DNA from: Terriglobia bacterium
GTDB taxonomy: Bacteria; Acidobacteriota; Terriglobia; Terriglobales; Acidobacteriaceae
Assembly (NCBI GenBank): GCA_020073285.1
Contig: JAIQFM010000001.1
Span: 1-60,651, forward strand
Direction: 5' to 3'
Length of the DNA stretch: 60,651 nucleotides
The notes below the pieces were generated by a model. It was not told the DNA's origin. It worked only from the letters and a program-made list of their open reading frames with translations, and searched no databases. Of the stretch, positions 1-10,500 are shown piece by piece (positions within the stretch are counted from its first letter, which is position 1; every line of letters begins with the position of its first letter). Position numbers and translations under genes: made by a program.

Positions 1-19
1 CCTGCTGAGCTAAAAGGGC
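1..19 (-). tRNA. Possible 5' end of a tRNA gene, truncated by the left window edge
   Basis: Reverse complement of 1-19 reads GCCCTTT TA GCTC AGCAGG. That is a 7-nt acceptor strand, U8-A9, then the canonical TAGCTCAG D-arm start. Only 19 nt are in the window, so anticodon and identity cannot be seen. Confidence 0.3.
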
Positions 20-255
20 TCCCCGCAACGAAACGCAGGTGGAAGGAACTTCGGGAAACAAAATGGCACGGGCCCTAGCGGTCCAACGTGATCGCAATTA
101 CGCTCCAGCGCGGTCGAGCCCGGAAGTACACCGTGCTTCTGCGAATCTGAGGTTGATTTAGTCACAGCCTCTGAGCGAAGCCGCGCGCGAGCTTTGCGAG
201 CAAGCGGCGAAGTCGAAGCACCTTGCGGTTCGGCTCATCGGTGCAGCCCTGAGTA

Positions 256-1590
256 TTATGGTTCGATGCGAACTTTGCGCAGCTTTCGGCCCAAGCCAAG
301 GACAAGTTCTCCCGGAACTGGCATGACGAGGGAAATTACATCGGTCGGAACTGGTTTGTTCTGAACTTTTACGGCTCTCTCCTTCAGTTTTCGAGCAGCT
401 TCAGCAACTGAACCGGCGAGCCCGGATTTGTAAAGCAACTTGTCAATTTTCAGCCAATTCGGTTTAGTTCCGTTTGGCGGGTTCGTAATAGCCTCGATAC
501 TCGGCACGGGGAGATAGTTGGTGAAACCCTCCGGCGGAAGATCCCCTTCAACTCTGAACCGGACATCGGCAAAGCGGACAGTCACCCGCTCTACCTCTTC
601 CGGCACTTCATCCTTCTGGAACTGCTTGGCCCAATCCTCTTCCGCCTGCTGGGCGGCTTGCGCGGAATGGAAATCGGCGACAATGCGACGCGCCAGGTCT
701 TTCTTCAATTGCATCGGGTGGGCGCGCCCGGCGGCGGCGTCCGACTTCATGCCCTCGATCTCCTGCGCGCTCACGTCGGTCAGCAGGTCGTAGTAGCGCC
801 ACATCAGGGCGTCGGAGATGGACATCACTTTGCCATACATCTCCAGCGGCGGCTCGGTGATGCCGATGTAATTGCCGTACGATTTCGACATCTTCTGCAC
901 GCCGTCCAGGCCTTCGAGCAGCGGCGTGGTCAACACTACCTGCGACGGCTGCCCGTGCGCGCGCTGCAATTCTCGCCCGACCAGCAAATTAAACTTCTGG
1001 TCGGTGCCGCCCAATTCGACGTCCGCCTCCAACGCCACCGAGTCGTATCCCTGCGCCAGCGGATAGAGCAATTCGTGCAGCGCGATCGGCTTTTCTTCCT
1101 GGAAGCGCTTGTGGAAGTCCTCGCGCTCCAGCATCTGCGACACGGTGTACTTGGCCGCCAGCCGGATCCATCCTTCCGAGCCCAGCTTGTCCAGCCACTC
1201 GCTGTTGTAGCGAATCTCGATTTTGGTGGGATCGAGAATCTTGTGCGCCTGCGCCAGGTAGGTTGTGGCGTTCTGGTTGATCTGTTCGCGCGACAGCGGC
1301 GGCCGCGTTACCGACCGGCCCGTGGGATCGCCGATCATGCCGGTGAAATCGCCGATCAGGAAGATGACCGTGTGCCCCATGTCTTGGAAGTGTTTGAGCT
1401 TGCGCAGCACCACGGTGTGGCCCAGATGGAGGTCGGGCGCGGTCGGGTCCAGCCCGATCTTCACCCGCAGCGGCTTGCCGGCATCGTAGGATTTCTTTAG
1501 CTTCTCGCGCAGCTCGTCTTCGCGGATGATCTCCGCCGCGCCTTTCTTGATGTAGGCGAGCTGCTCGTCAACGGGACGGAACGAAGGCAT
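256..1590 (-). CDS. tyrS: Tyrosine--tRNA ligase (class I, with C-terminal S4-like domain)
   Basis: ORF 256-1650. HIGH-type motif (PDLHLGHTV), KMSKS loop ([10 protein letters not shown]) and a GGTDQKFN block. Start trimmed to ATG 1588-1590 ([10 protein letters not shown]) because the 20 extra codons run toward the intergenic hairpin. Confidence 0.93.
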   Translation of the reverse strand: MPSFRPVDEQLAYIKKGAAEIIREDELREKLKKSYDAGKPLRVKIGLDPTAPDLHLGHTVVLRKLKHFQDMGHTVIFLIGDFTGMIGDPTGRSVTRPPLSREQINQNATTYLAQAHKILDPTKIEIRYNSEWLDKLGSEGWIRLAAKYTVSQMLEREDFHKRFQEEKPIALHELLYPLAQGYDSVALEADVELGGTDQKFNLLVGRELQRAHGQPSQVVLTTPLLEGLDGVQKMSKSYGNYIGITEPPLEMYGKVMSISDALMWRYYDLLTDVSAQEIEGMKSDAAAGRAHPMQLKKDLARRIVADFHSAQAAQQAEEDWAKQFQKDEVPEEVERVTVRFADVRFRVEGDLPPEGFTNYLPVPSIEAITNPPNGTKPNWLKIDKLLYKSGLAGSVAEAARKLKERAVKVQNKPVPTDVISLVMPVPGELVLGLGRKLRKVRIEP

Positions 1591-1643
1591 AACGGAACAG
1601 ATTACCGCAAAGGACGCAAAGGAACGCAAAGAGAAGAAAAACT

Positions 1644-1725
1644 TAGCCACGGATTAACACGGATGTTCACGGATTCTTTCCTTGTTCTTCTCCGATCCGT
1701 GTTCATCTGTGCAAATCCGTGGTTA
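1644..1725. repeat. Imperfect 31-nt-arm hairpin built from CACGGAT-type heptamer words (dut-tyrS junction)
   Basis: 1644-1674 is TAGCCACGGATTAACACGGATGTTCACGGAT. The reverse complement of 1695-1725 is TAACCACGGATTTGCACAGATGAACACGGAT, matching 25 of 31 positions. The loop is 20 nt. The right arm includes the dut stop codon (1723-1725). Confidence 0.8.
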
Positions 1726-2157
1726 GCTTCTTCCGGTAGATCCGAAGCCGCCGGCTTTTCGCTTCGACTCCGCCAGCTCCTCCACCACGCGCACCTCGCC
1801 GGTCAGCACCGGGTAGGGAATCAGGTTGGCGATCTTGTCGCCGACATGGATGGTCGCCGGCCAGTCGTTCAGGTTTTCCATCAGCACGCGGATTTCGCCG
1901 CGATATCCGGCGTCGATCACGCCGCCGGTCAGCACCGTGCGCTTGGCCGCCATCGACGACTTGTCGCGCAGCAGTGCCCCCATGGGCCGGCCGTGATCGT
2001 CGGTGATCTCAATGGCAATCCCGGTGGACACGACAGCGTGGTTCCGCCCGGCAATCGTGATCTCGACTGCCGCATAGATGTCGTAACCCAGGTCTTCACT
2101 AGGATGGGCGACCGTGGGCGCCTTCGCCGTGGGCGCCAGGAGTTTTACCTTGAGCAT
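1723..2157 (-). CDS. dut: dUTP diphosphatase
   Basis: ORF 1723-2211. dUTPase motifs GVIDAGYRGEI and C-terminal GGFGSTGRS. Start trimmed to MLKVKLLAP (ATG ending at 2157). Confidence 0.9.
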   Translation of the reverse strand: MLKVKLLAPTAKAPTVAHPSEDLGYDIYAAVEITIAGRNHAVVSTGIAIEITDDHGRPMGALLRDKSSMAAKRTVLTGGVIDAGYRGEIRVLMENLNDWPATIHVGDKIANLIPYPVLTGEVRVVEELAESKRKAGGFGSTGRS

Positions 2158-2282
2158 GGGAAGAGAATACGACGGCGCAGCGATGACGCGAAGCGTCGCT
2201 GCACTAACCACATAACTTCAGCCTTTCGCCCCTTCGGGGCTGGATTGAGGAGCCGCATGAACAGCCGCAGGGACCGACAGAC

Positions 2283-2909
2283 CTATTGCGGAATCGCCGC
2301 TGCCATCGCCAGCTTCTTGACCACGCGCCTTCCCACGATCTCGTAATTTCCGGCGAGCACGATGTTGATGGCCTCGGTGTAGGCGATGTGCTCCTGCTCC
2401 AGGACGCGCGACGCCAGCAAGTGATCGTCATCGGTGTCGAGCACCGGCACCGCCCGTTGCACCACGATCGCCCCGTGGTCCAGGTGTTCGTCCACAAAAT
2501 GCACCGTGCAGCCGGATACCTTCACGCCGTACTCGATCGCCTGCTTCTGCGCCTCCAGGCCGGGGAACGCGGGCAGCAGCGACGGATGAATATTGAGAAT
2601 CCGGTTGGGAAATGAGCGGATGAACAGCGGTGACAGCAGCCGCATGTATCCCGCCATGCAGACGAGATCCACCCGCTTTTCGTTCAGCGCCGCGACCACG
2701 TCGGCATCGTGCTCCTCGCGCTGGCGTCCCTTGCTGGGGATGACGCGAGCGTCCAGCCCGAGCTTGCGCGCGTACTCGATGCCCGGCGCCTCCGGGCGAT
2801 TGGAGATCACGATGGCAATTTCCGCGTTAATGCGGCCTTGTTTTACCGATTCCGCAATGGCGGCGAAGTTGGTCCCGCGTCCGGAAAGGAGGATTCCGAG
2901 CTTTTTCAT
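2283..2909 (-). CDS. purN: Phosphoribosylglycinamide formyltransferase
   Basis: 208 aa. N-terminal ILLSGRGTNF, then NIHPSLLPAFPG and SGCTVHFVDEHLDHG, colinear with the E. coli PurN motifs. Confidence 0.93.
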   Translation of the reverse strand: MKKLGILLSGRGTNFAAIAESVKQGRINAEIAIVISNRPEAPGIEYARKLGLDARVIPSKGRQREEHDADVVAALNEKRVDLVCMAGYMRLLSPLFIRSFPNRILNIHPSLLPAFPGLEAQKQAIEYGVKVSGCTVHFVDEHLDHGAIVVQRAVPVLDTDDDHLLASRVLEQEHIAYTEAINIVLAGNYEIVGRRVVKKLAMAAAIPQ

Positions 2910-2945
2910 GCGAGGTATTTTGTAGGGGATTGACGGAAAAATCTA

Positions 2946-3048
2946 CCACCGAGTCACCGAGAATACCGAGGATCACGGAGTCCCTTATTCAATAACGGGA
3001 AACACTCATGTTTCTCGGTATTGCTCGGCGCCCTCTGTGTCTCGGTGG
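2946..3048. repeat. Long imperfect hairpin built from ACCGAG/CTCGGT words (purM-purN junction)
   Basis: Left arm CCACCGAGTCACCGAGAATACCGAG (2946-2970). The reverse complement of 3014-3048 is CCACCGAGACACAGAGGGCGCCGAGCAATACCGAG. The outer 8 bp and the inner ~14 bp pair, with an internal bulge. Confidence 0.7.
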
Positions 3049-3059
3049 TGAATAGGAAC

Positions 3060-4112
3060 TCAGGAATACAGCACTTTGCGCTCGCCCTTCACGATCCTGC
3101 CGATGGTGTATCCCTTCTCGCCGGCGCGCTCCAGCACCGTCTGCACCTTCTTGAATTTCTTGGGCGGGACCACCATGATCATGCCGATCCCCATGTTGAA
3201 GGCGCGCATCATCTCGTCCTGCGGGATGCCGCCGAGCTGTTGCAGGTGCTGGAAGATCGGCTGTTCCGGCCAGGTGCCCATCTCGATCACCGCCGCCGTG
3301 CCCTTGGGCAGCGCGCGCGGCAGGTTCTGGGTCATGCCGCCGCCGGTGATGTGCGCCAGGGCCGAGATCGTTTCTCCGTCCAGCAGCTTCTTCAGCAGAG
3401 GCCAGTAGCTCTTGTGCACGCGCATCAGCTCGTTGCCAACCTTGTTCTTCAGTTCGTTGACGTAGGTTTCCGGCGAGTAATGCGCGGTTTCGAACAGCAA
3501 CTTACGAGCCAGGGCGTAGCCGTTGGTATGCAACCCATTCGACGCCAATCCGACTAGCACGTCCCCCACCTGCACGTTTTTTCCGGTGATCACCCTCTCC
3601 CGGTCCACGACTCCGACGATGAATCCCGCCAGGTCATAGTCGCCGTGCTCGTAGAATCCGGGCATCTCCGCCGTCTCGCCGCCGATGAGGGCGCAGCCGT
3701 TGTGCTTGCAAGCGTCGGCGATGCCGGCCACCACCCGCTCGGCGATGTCCGGATCCAGTTTACCGGTGGCGAAGTAGTCCATGAAGAACAGCGGCGCCGC
3801 GCCCTGCACGGCGATGTCGTTGACACAATGGTTCACCAGGTCGCCGCCAATGGTGTGGTGCAGGTTCATCTCGAAGGCCACCTTCAACTTCGTTCCCACT
3901 CCGTCCACGCTCGCCACCAGCACCGGGTCCTTGTACTTCTGCTTGTCCAGGGCGAACATTCCTCCAAAGCTGCCAATCTCGCTCAGCACGTTCTTGGTGA
4001 AGGTCTTGTGGGCAAGATACCGGATGCGCTGCTTGGCGCGGGCGGCGCGTTCCAGGTCAACCCCGGCATCGGCGTAGGTGACCGTCGTGCGGTTGGGATC
4101 GTTCTCGGGCAA
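3060..4112 (-). CDS. purM: Phosphoribosylformylglycinamidine cyclo-ligase (AIR synthetase)
   Basis: 350 aa. YADAGVDLERA N-terminus, DGVGTKL and GGETAEMPG motifs. Immediately upstream of purN on the same strand. Confidence 0.93.
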   Translation of the reverse strand: MPENDPNRTTVTYADAGVDLERAARAKQRIRYLAHKTFTKNVLSEIGSFGGMFALDKQKYKDPVLVASVDGVGTKLKVAFEMNLHHTIGGDLVNHCVNDIAVQGAAPLFFMDYFATGKLDPDIAERVVAGIADACKHNGCALIGGETAEMPGFYEHGDYDLAGFIVGVVDRERVITGKNVQVGDVLVGLASNGLHTNGYALARKLLFETAHYSPETYVNELKNKVGNELMRVHKSYWPLLKKLLDGETISALAHITGGGMTQNLPRALPKGTAAVIEMGTWPEQPIFQHLQQLGGIPQDEMMRAFNMGIGMIMVVPPKKFKKVQTVLERAGEKGYTIGRIVKGERKVLYS

Positions 4113-4263
4113 GGGCGTGACGTCCGTTACGAGGGAATCAGAGCCGGGCAGAACGCTTCATTCTACCATTGCGCACGCACCAACCCGCGCGCGGCTGGCC
4201 CACGAAATTGGCGTCCCTGCAGGGCGCACACGCACCCAGGCCGTACCAGCCGTGCCTCTCAGC

Positions 4264-4419
4264 CTATTTCAGGAGATACCCGGAGAAGTGATAGGCCACC
4301 ATTCCCAGCAGGCCCAGCGCTGCGGCTGCGTATCCCGTATAGATCCAGAAATTCCGATTGCTCTCCACTCTTGGTGTCGCCGGCGCCGGCGGGTTGTTAG
4401 GAGTAGTTGCCTGCTGCAT
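4264..4419 (-). CDS. Small hypothetical membrane protein (51 aa)
   Basis: Internal ATG of ORF 4264-4533 (MQQATTPNNPP...) is preceded by GGAGGA on the coding strand. One C-terminal hydrophobic helix (FWIYTGYAAAALGLLGMVAYHF). No recognisable family. Confidence 0.4.
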   Translation of the reverse strand: MQQATTPNNPPAPATPRVESNRNFWIYTGYAAAALGLLGMVAYHFSGYLLK

Positions 4420-4716
4420 TTGTCCTCCAGCCGCATACTTGTTTCCCCGGTTGCACCCGGGAACCTCATTTATGAGGGCGATGTGAAATGCAATCAACCA
4501 GCGCCCGCGGCTTTCAACACCGTGGCACCCCACATGAATATCGCGATTCTACTCCAGGTTCCAAACTTCTGTCGCCGAAAACATGCTCCGGCGAGGGTTC
4601 TGGCCGGTGCCTACCCTCCACCGCGAAGGGCGCAAACAGGAATGTGATCGCCCCGGCTCCCCCTCCGACCCGGAAACGGTTACACTCGGTAGTTCGTCCG
4701 CAGGAGCAGATCTGCC

Positions 4717-7473
4717 ATGGACCAGGTCGCCCAGCCCGCGCTCAGGCTGTCCACCACCGACAAAGCGCACGACGTGCTTCGCACCGAGGGTCAACCTCTG
4801 GACGCGCTCTTCCATCCCAAGACCGTGGCCGTCATCGGCGCCACCGAGCGCCCCGGCTCCATCGGGCGCCGCGTCCTCTGGGCCCTGCTCAGCAGTCCCT
4901 TCGGCGGTACTGTGTACCCCGTCAGCAAGGACCGACCCAGCGTGCTCGGGATCAAGGCCTATCCCAACGTCGCCGCTGTCCCCGAGCCGGTGGACATGGC
5001 CGTCATCGCCACGCCCGCCGCCACCGTTCCCGGCATCATCGGCGAATGTGTACAGGCAGGCGTGAAAACCGCCGTCGTCATCTCCGCCGGCTTCAAGGAG
5101 CACGGCGAAGCCGGCCTGGAACTGGAGCGCCAGATCGCCGACCGCATCCAGGGCACTGGCCTGCGCGTGGTCGGCCCCAACTGCCTTGGCGTCATGAACC
5201 CGCTCATCGGTCTGAACGCCACCTTTTCGCAACAGATCGCGCGGCCCGGCAACGTCGCCTTTCTAAGCCAGAGCGGCGCTCTCTGCACCGCCATTCTCGA
5301 CTGGAGCCTGCGCGAGTTGGTCGGCTTCAGCGCCTTCGTCTCCGTCGGCTCCATGATCGACGTCGGCTGGGGCGACCTGATCGATTACCTCGGCAACGAC
5401 AGCCGCACCCAGTCCATCCTCATCTACATGGAATCCATCGGTGACGCGCGCGCGTTCCTCTCCGCGGCGCGCGAAGTTTCACTCAACAAGCCGATCATCG
5501 TGATCAAGGCCGGGCGCACGGAAGCCGCCGCCAAGGCCGCCGCGTCGCATACCGGCGCCCTGGTCGGTAGCGACGAGGTGCTCGATGCCGCCTTCCGCCG
5601 CAGCGGCGTGCTGCGCGTCGCTTCCATCTCCGACATTTTTTACATGTCGGAAGTTCTGGCCAAGCAGCCTCGCCCGCGCGGACCCCGGCTTGCCATCCTG
5701 ACCAACGCCGGCGGCCCGGGCGTGCTCGCCGCCGACGGTCTCGCGGCCCAAGGCGGCGAACTCGCCGAACTTTCCTCCGAGACCCTGCAGCAACTCGACA
5801 AGCTCCTGCCGCCGCACTGGAGTCACGGCAATCCCATTGACATCCTCGGCGATGCCGGCCCGGATCGTTACGGCAAGGCGCTGGAGATCGCGCTCAACGA
5901 CCCTAATGCCGACGGCATCCTGGTGCTCACCGCGCCCCAGGGCTTGGCCGAGCCCACCAAGATCGCCGAACTTCTCAAGCCCTACGCCGCCGCCACCGGC
6001 AAGCCCATCCTCGCCTGCTTTATGGGCGGCGCGGAAATCGTTGCCGCCAACGAAATCCTGAATCTTGCCGGTATCCCGACCTTCCAGTTTCCCGATACAG
6101 CCACCCGCGCCTTCACCTACATGTGGCGCTACAGTTACAACCTGCGCGGACTCTACGAAACTCCGGTGTTGCGCAGCCAGACCGAGCGCGAGCCCGACCG
6201 CAACACCGTCGTTCGACTCATCCAGGGGGCGCGTGACGAAGCACGTTGCTTGCTTTCGGAAGCCGAATCCAAGCAGCTCTTATCCGCCTACTTCATCCCC
6301 ACCGTCGAAACCCGCGTGGCCGCCACCGCCGACGAAGCCGTGGCCCATGCCGACGCTATCGCTTACCCGGTCGTGCTCAAGTTGCACTCGCACACGCTTA
6401 CGCACAAGACCGACGTCGGCGGCGTGCAACTCGATCTCAAGGACGCGGCCGCCGTCCGCGCCGCCTTCCAGAAGATCGAGGACAACGTCGGCGCCCGGGC
6501 CGGCCGCGAGCATTTTCTCGGCGTGACCGTGCAGCCCATGATTGCGCGCGACGGTTACGAACTGATCATCGGCAGCAGCATTGACCCGCAGTTCGGCCCG
6601 GTGCTGCTGTTCGGACGAGGCGGCCTGTTGGTGGAAATCGAGCACGACCGCGCCCTCGCCCTTCCTCCGCTCAACACCACACTCGCCCGCCGCATGATGG
6701 AGCAAACCCGGATCTACAAAGCCCTGCAGGGCGTGCGCGGCCTTCCCGGCGCCGACCTGCCGGGGCTGGAAACGCTGCTGGTGAATTTCAGCCGGCTGGT
6801 GGTCGAGCAGCCCTGGATCAAGGAAATTGACATCAACCCGCTGCTCGCCGGCGGCGATCGCCTCCTCGCGCTGGACGCCCGCGTCGTCCTTCACCCCGCT
6901 GGCACGCTGGAAGAGCAGCTTCCGCGTCCGGTGATCCGTCCCTATCCGCAGCAGTACGTCGGCGAATGCACCATGAAGGACGGGGTCAAGGTCACCATCC
7001 GGCCCATCCGCCCCGAAGACGAGCCGGTGATGATCGACTTCCACAGCCGTCTGTCTGACCGCAGCGTTTACCTGCGCTACTTCCAGCCGCTCAAGCTGAC
7101 CCAGCGCACCGCGCATGAGCGCCTCACTCGCATCTGCTTCATCGATTACAACCGCGAAATGGCGCTGGTCACCGAGCTCAAGCATCCCGACGGCCATGGC
7201 GAGATTCTGGCGGTCGGACGACTCAGCAAATTGCACGGCCGCAACGAGGCTGAAATCGCCGTCCTGGTCCGCGACGAATACCAGCACAAGGGCCTGGGCA
7301 CCGAACTGGTCAGCCGCCTCCTTCAGATCGCCAAGGACGAGAAGCTCCAGTATGTGGTGTCCACCATGCTCGGCGTCAACCGCGAGATGCGCGCCATCTG
7401 CAAGCGCCTCAACTTCCAGCTCAGCCTGGATATGGAAGAGAACCTCGTCAACGCGCGGGCCACGCTGACCTAG
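4717..7473 (+). CDS. Bifunctional NDP-forming acyl-CoA synthetase-like / GNAT N-acetyltransferase (Pat/YfiQ-type architecture)
   Basis: 918 aa. N-terminal CoA-binding domain ([14 protein letters not shown]), a succinyl-CoA-synthetase-like ligase domain, an ATP-grasp domain and a C-terminal GNAT domain ([17 protein letters not shown]). Confidence 0.85.
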   Translation: MDQVAQPALRLSTTDKAHDVLRTEGQPLDALFHPKTVAVIGATERPGSIGRRVLWALLSSPFGGTVYPVSKDRPSVLGIKAYPNVAAVPEPVDMAVIATPAATVPGIIGECVQAGVKTAVVISAGFKEHGEAGLELERQIADRIQGTGLRVVGPNCLGVMNPLIGLNATFSQQIARPGNVAFLSQSGALCTAILDWSLRELVGFSAFVSVGSMIDVGWGDLIDYLGNDSRTQSILIYMESIGDARAFLSAAREVSLNKPIIVIKAGRTEAAAKAAASHTGALVGSDEVLDAAFRRSGVLRVASISDIFYMSEVLAKQPRPRGPRLAILTNAGGPGVLAADGLAAQGGELAELSSETLQQLDKLLPPHWSHGNPIDILGDAGPDRYGKALEIALNDPNADGILVLTAPQGLAEPTKIAELLKPYAAATGKPILACFMGGAEIVAANEILNLAGIPTFQFPDTATRAFTYMWRYSYNLRGLYETPVLRSQTEREPDRNTVVRLIQGARDEARCLLSEAESKQLLSAYFIPTVETRVAATADEAVAHADAIAYPVVLKLHSHTLTHKTDVGGVQLDLKDAAAVRAAFQKIEDNVGARAGREHFLGVTVQPMIARDGYELIIGSSIDPQFGPVLLFGRGGLLVEIEHDRALALPPLNTTLARRMMEQTRIYKALQGVRGLPGADLPGLETLLVNFSRLVVEQPWIKEIDINPLLAGGDRLLALDARVVLHPAGTLEEQLPRPVIRPYPQQYVGECTMKDGVKVTIRPIRPEDEPVMIDFHSRLSDRSVYLRYFQPLKLTQRTAHERLTRICFIDYNREMALVTELKHPDGHGEILAVGRLSKLHGRNEAEIAVLVRDEYQHKGLGTELVSRLLQIAKDEKLQYVVSTMLGVNREMRAICKRLNFQLSLDMEENLVNARATLT

Positions 7474-7488
7474 CGCAACGTCCGCCAG

Positions 7489-7516
7489 CCACTGACCACT
7501 GGACACTGGCTACTGG
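7489..7516. repeat. Tandem heptamer array, 4 x NCACTGG
   Basis: CCACTGA CCACTGG ACACTGG CTACTGG, lying between the stop at 7473 and the ATG at 7548. Confidence 0.75.
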
Positions 7517-7547
7517 CCCCTATTTGCGATACAACTGCTCTATCCCC

Positions 7548-10500
7548 ATGAAGCTGATTGCCGTCCTATTCTTTCTCGTTTCCGCCGCCGTCTCCCAAAC
7601 CGTTCCCCCCTCCCCGAGCGCCGCCGAGAAGGACGACTACTCCCAGGAGCCCTACGTTGTCGAATCGCAGCGCACCGTCTATCGCTTCGAAAACGACGGC
7701 ACCGGGCGCAAGGAAACCACCGCCCGTATCCGGGTGCAGAGCGAGGCCGGGGTCGAGCTTCTCGGCCAGCTCGTCTTCGGCTACAACTCCGCCAACGAGA
7801 GCGTGCAGATTCCCTACGTGCGCGTCCTCAAGTCCGACGGCACGGTCGTCACCGCCTCCGCCACCGCGGTCCAGGACCTGACTGCGCCCGTCGCCCGCGA
7901 AGCACCGGTTTACACCGACTACCACCAGAAGCACGTCACCGTTCCCGGGCTCCGTCCCGGCGAAGTGCTCGAATACCAGGTGGTCACCGCCATCACCACG
8001 GCTCTGGCGCCCGGCGAATTCTGGATGGAGCACCACTTCTTCGACTCCGGCATCATTCTCGACGACCGCCTCGAGGTCAACATTCCGCGCGACCGCGCCG
8101 TCAAGCTGAAAACCCGCCCCGGTCACGATCCCACCATCACGGACCTGGGCGACCGCCGCATCTACCGCTGGGTCTCCTCGCATAAACAACGTGAAGACGA
8201 CGACACCGACAAGAAGAAAAAACGCAAGCTCCAGCCCGAACCCCCCGACGTACAGATGACCACCTTCGCCTCCTGGGAAAGCCTTGGCCGCTGGTACGCC
8301 GACCTGGAACGCGACCGCCGCCAGCCTTCCGACGCCGTGCGCGCCCGCGCCGCGGAACTGGTCAAGGGCCGCAACACAGACATCGAGAAGTTGCAGGCCA
8401 TCTACGATTACGTCGCCAAGGATTTCCGCTACGTCAGCCTGTCGTTCGGGCTGGGCCGCTATCAGCCGCACTCCGCCGACGAAGTCCTCTCCAACCAGTA
8501 CGGCGACTGCAAGGACAAGCACACCCTGCTCGAGGGTCTGCTGGAAGCCATCGGCATTCGCGCCTCCTCCGCGCTGATGAATTCCAAGCGCAAGATTGAC
8601 CCCGATCTCCCTTCGCCTTCGCAGTTCGATCACGTCATCAGCGTGGTTCCCATCGGCAAGGAAATGGTCTGGCTCGATACCACCACGGAAATCGCGCCCT
8701 TCCGCCTGATCTCTTACAACCTCCGCAAGAAGAAGGCGCTTGTCGTTCCCCCCACCGGCGCCGCCCAGTTAGTGGAAACCCCCGCCGATGCGACCGTCGC
8801 CAATGTCCAGGTGATCGAAACCGAAGGCAAGGTCAGCGAACTGGGCAAGCTCACCGCGCACGTACGTCTCGCCTTCAGCGGCGACAGCGAGCTCCCGCTG
8901 CGCGTCGCTTTTCGCCAGGTGCCGAATGCGCGCTGGAAGGATTTGGCGCAGGTGGTGGCTCAGCTCGAAGGCCTACGTGGCGATGCCAGCAACGTGAAAG
9001 CTGACGATCCCTCCGACAACCGCGGCCCCTTCCATCTGGAATTCGATATTGCGCAGTCCAATTTCCTTGACTGGTCCAAGCGCCAGTCGCAGCTCGACCT
9101 GCCGCTCGCCCGAGTGCGCCTGCCCGATCTCTCCGACGCCGACGAAAATTCCGCCGAGCCCATCGAGATTGGCGCTCCCGGCAGCATCACCGTGCGTCTG
9201 AAGATCGAGCTGCCCTCCACCTTCACCGCGCGCGCCCCACTGCCCTTCCAGATGAAGCGCGACTACGCCGAGTACCGCGCCGCTTACGACCTCAAGGGCA
9301 ACACCTTCACGACCGAGCGCGCCATGATCCTGCGCGCCCGCGAAATTCCCGCCGCCCGCCTGCGCGATTACGCCGCGTTCCGCCGCGCCATCGTCGCCGA
9401 CGAAGCCCAGCAGCTCGCCCTCGACAACACCCAGCAGGGCTCGCCCAAGCCGCCCGAGAATGTCAAGGCGCAGGAGCTTTACGAAGCCGGGCTCAGCGCG
9501 CTGCAGGCGCGGAATTATCGTGCCGCCGCCGATCTGTTGCAGCGCGTCGTCGAACTCGAACCCCAGCACAAAACGGCGTGGAACGATCTCGGCAACGCCT
9601 ACCTGGCGCAGCGCCGCACCGACGAAGCCATCCAGGCCTTCCGCAAGCAGATCGAGATCAACCCCTTCGACGAGTTCGCCTTCAACAATCTCGGCCGCGC
9701 CTGGTGGGACAAGCGCGACTACGCCAAGGCCGCCGAATCGTTCCAGACGCAGATCGACGTCAACCCGCTCGACAAGTTTGCCCACCGCAACCTCGGCGCC
9801 ATGTACCTGGAGCAGCACAAGAACCGCGAGGCGCTCCCCGAACTGGAAAAAGCCGCGTCCCTCAACCCCCAGGACGCGCAGGCGTTTGTCAGCCTCGGGC
9901 AGGCGCAGCTCGAACTCGGCGACGACGCCGAGGCGCTCGCCTCCTTCGCCCGCGCCGCCAAGATCGCGCCCGCTCCCGGCATCTGGAACAATATCGCCTA
10001 CCAGCTCAGCCTGAAGAACACGCACCTCGATCTCGCCCAGCAATACGCCGAATCCGCCGTCGCCTCCACCGCCGCCGCGCTGCGCAATCTCACCGCCGAT
10101 ACCATGCAGTTCGAGCAGCAGGCGCTCGTCATCGGCCTGGCGGCGCAGTGGGACACTCTCGGCTGGGTGCACTTCCAACGCGGCAACCTCGACAAGGCCG
10201 AGCAGTTCATCGGCGCCGCCTGGCTCCTGGGACAACACGGCGAGGTCGGCGATCACCTGGCGCAGATCCACCAAAAGCGCGGCGAAAAAGAGAAAGCCAT
10301 TCAGATGTACGCCCAGGCCCTCGCCGCCTATAAGCCGCTGCCGGAAACCCGTCAGCGCCTCGCCGCCCTGCTCGCTCCTCCCGCCCCAAAGCAGGCCGGC
10401 GCCTCCAGCGACGACAAGACTGCCGATGAGGCGGTCAAGAAACCGGCGGCCAGGAAAGTCGCCGGCAAAAGCGCCGTCCAGAACCCGGTGCTTGATGCGA

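Noticed and set aside
64-79. Sigma-54-like TGGCACG...TAGC
   Set aside because: The GG-to-GC spacing is 11 nt instead of 10, the -12 element is TAGC rather than TTGC, and it points into the 3' end of a convergent gene.
1591-1650. N-terminal extensions of track ORFs (tyrS here; also dut to 2211, DUF4019 to 11415, AlkP from 29262, sco from 23050, TonB-dependent receptor to 42723, and the ORF from 19601 for actD)
   Set aside because: The extensions run through repeats or hairpins or upstream genes and lack an SD. Internal starts give proper signal peptides or conserved N-termini.
4488-5444. 318-aa plus ORF overlapping the start of the Pat-like gene
   Set aside because: Extremely Arg/His/Pro-rich. 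It is out of frame with the well-supported 918-aa CoA-ligase/GNAT ORF.
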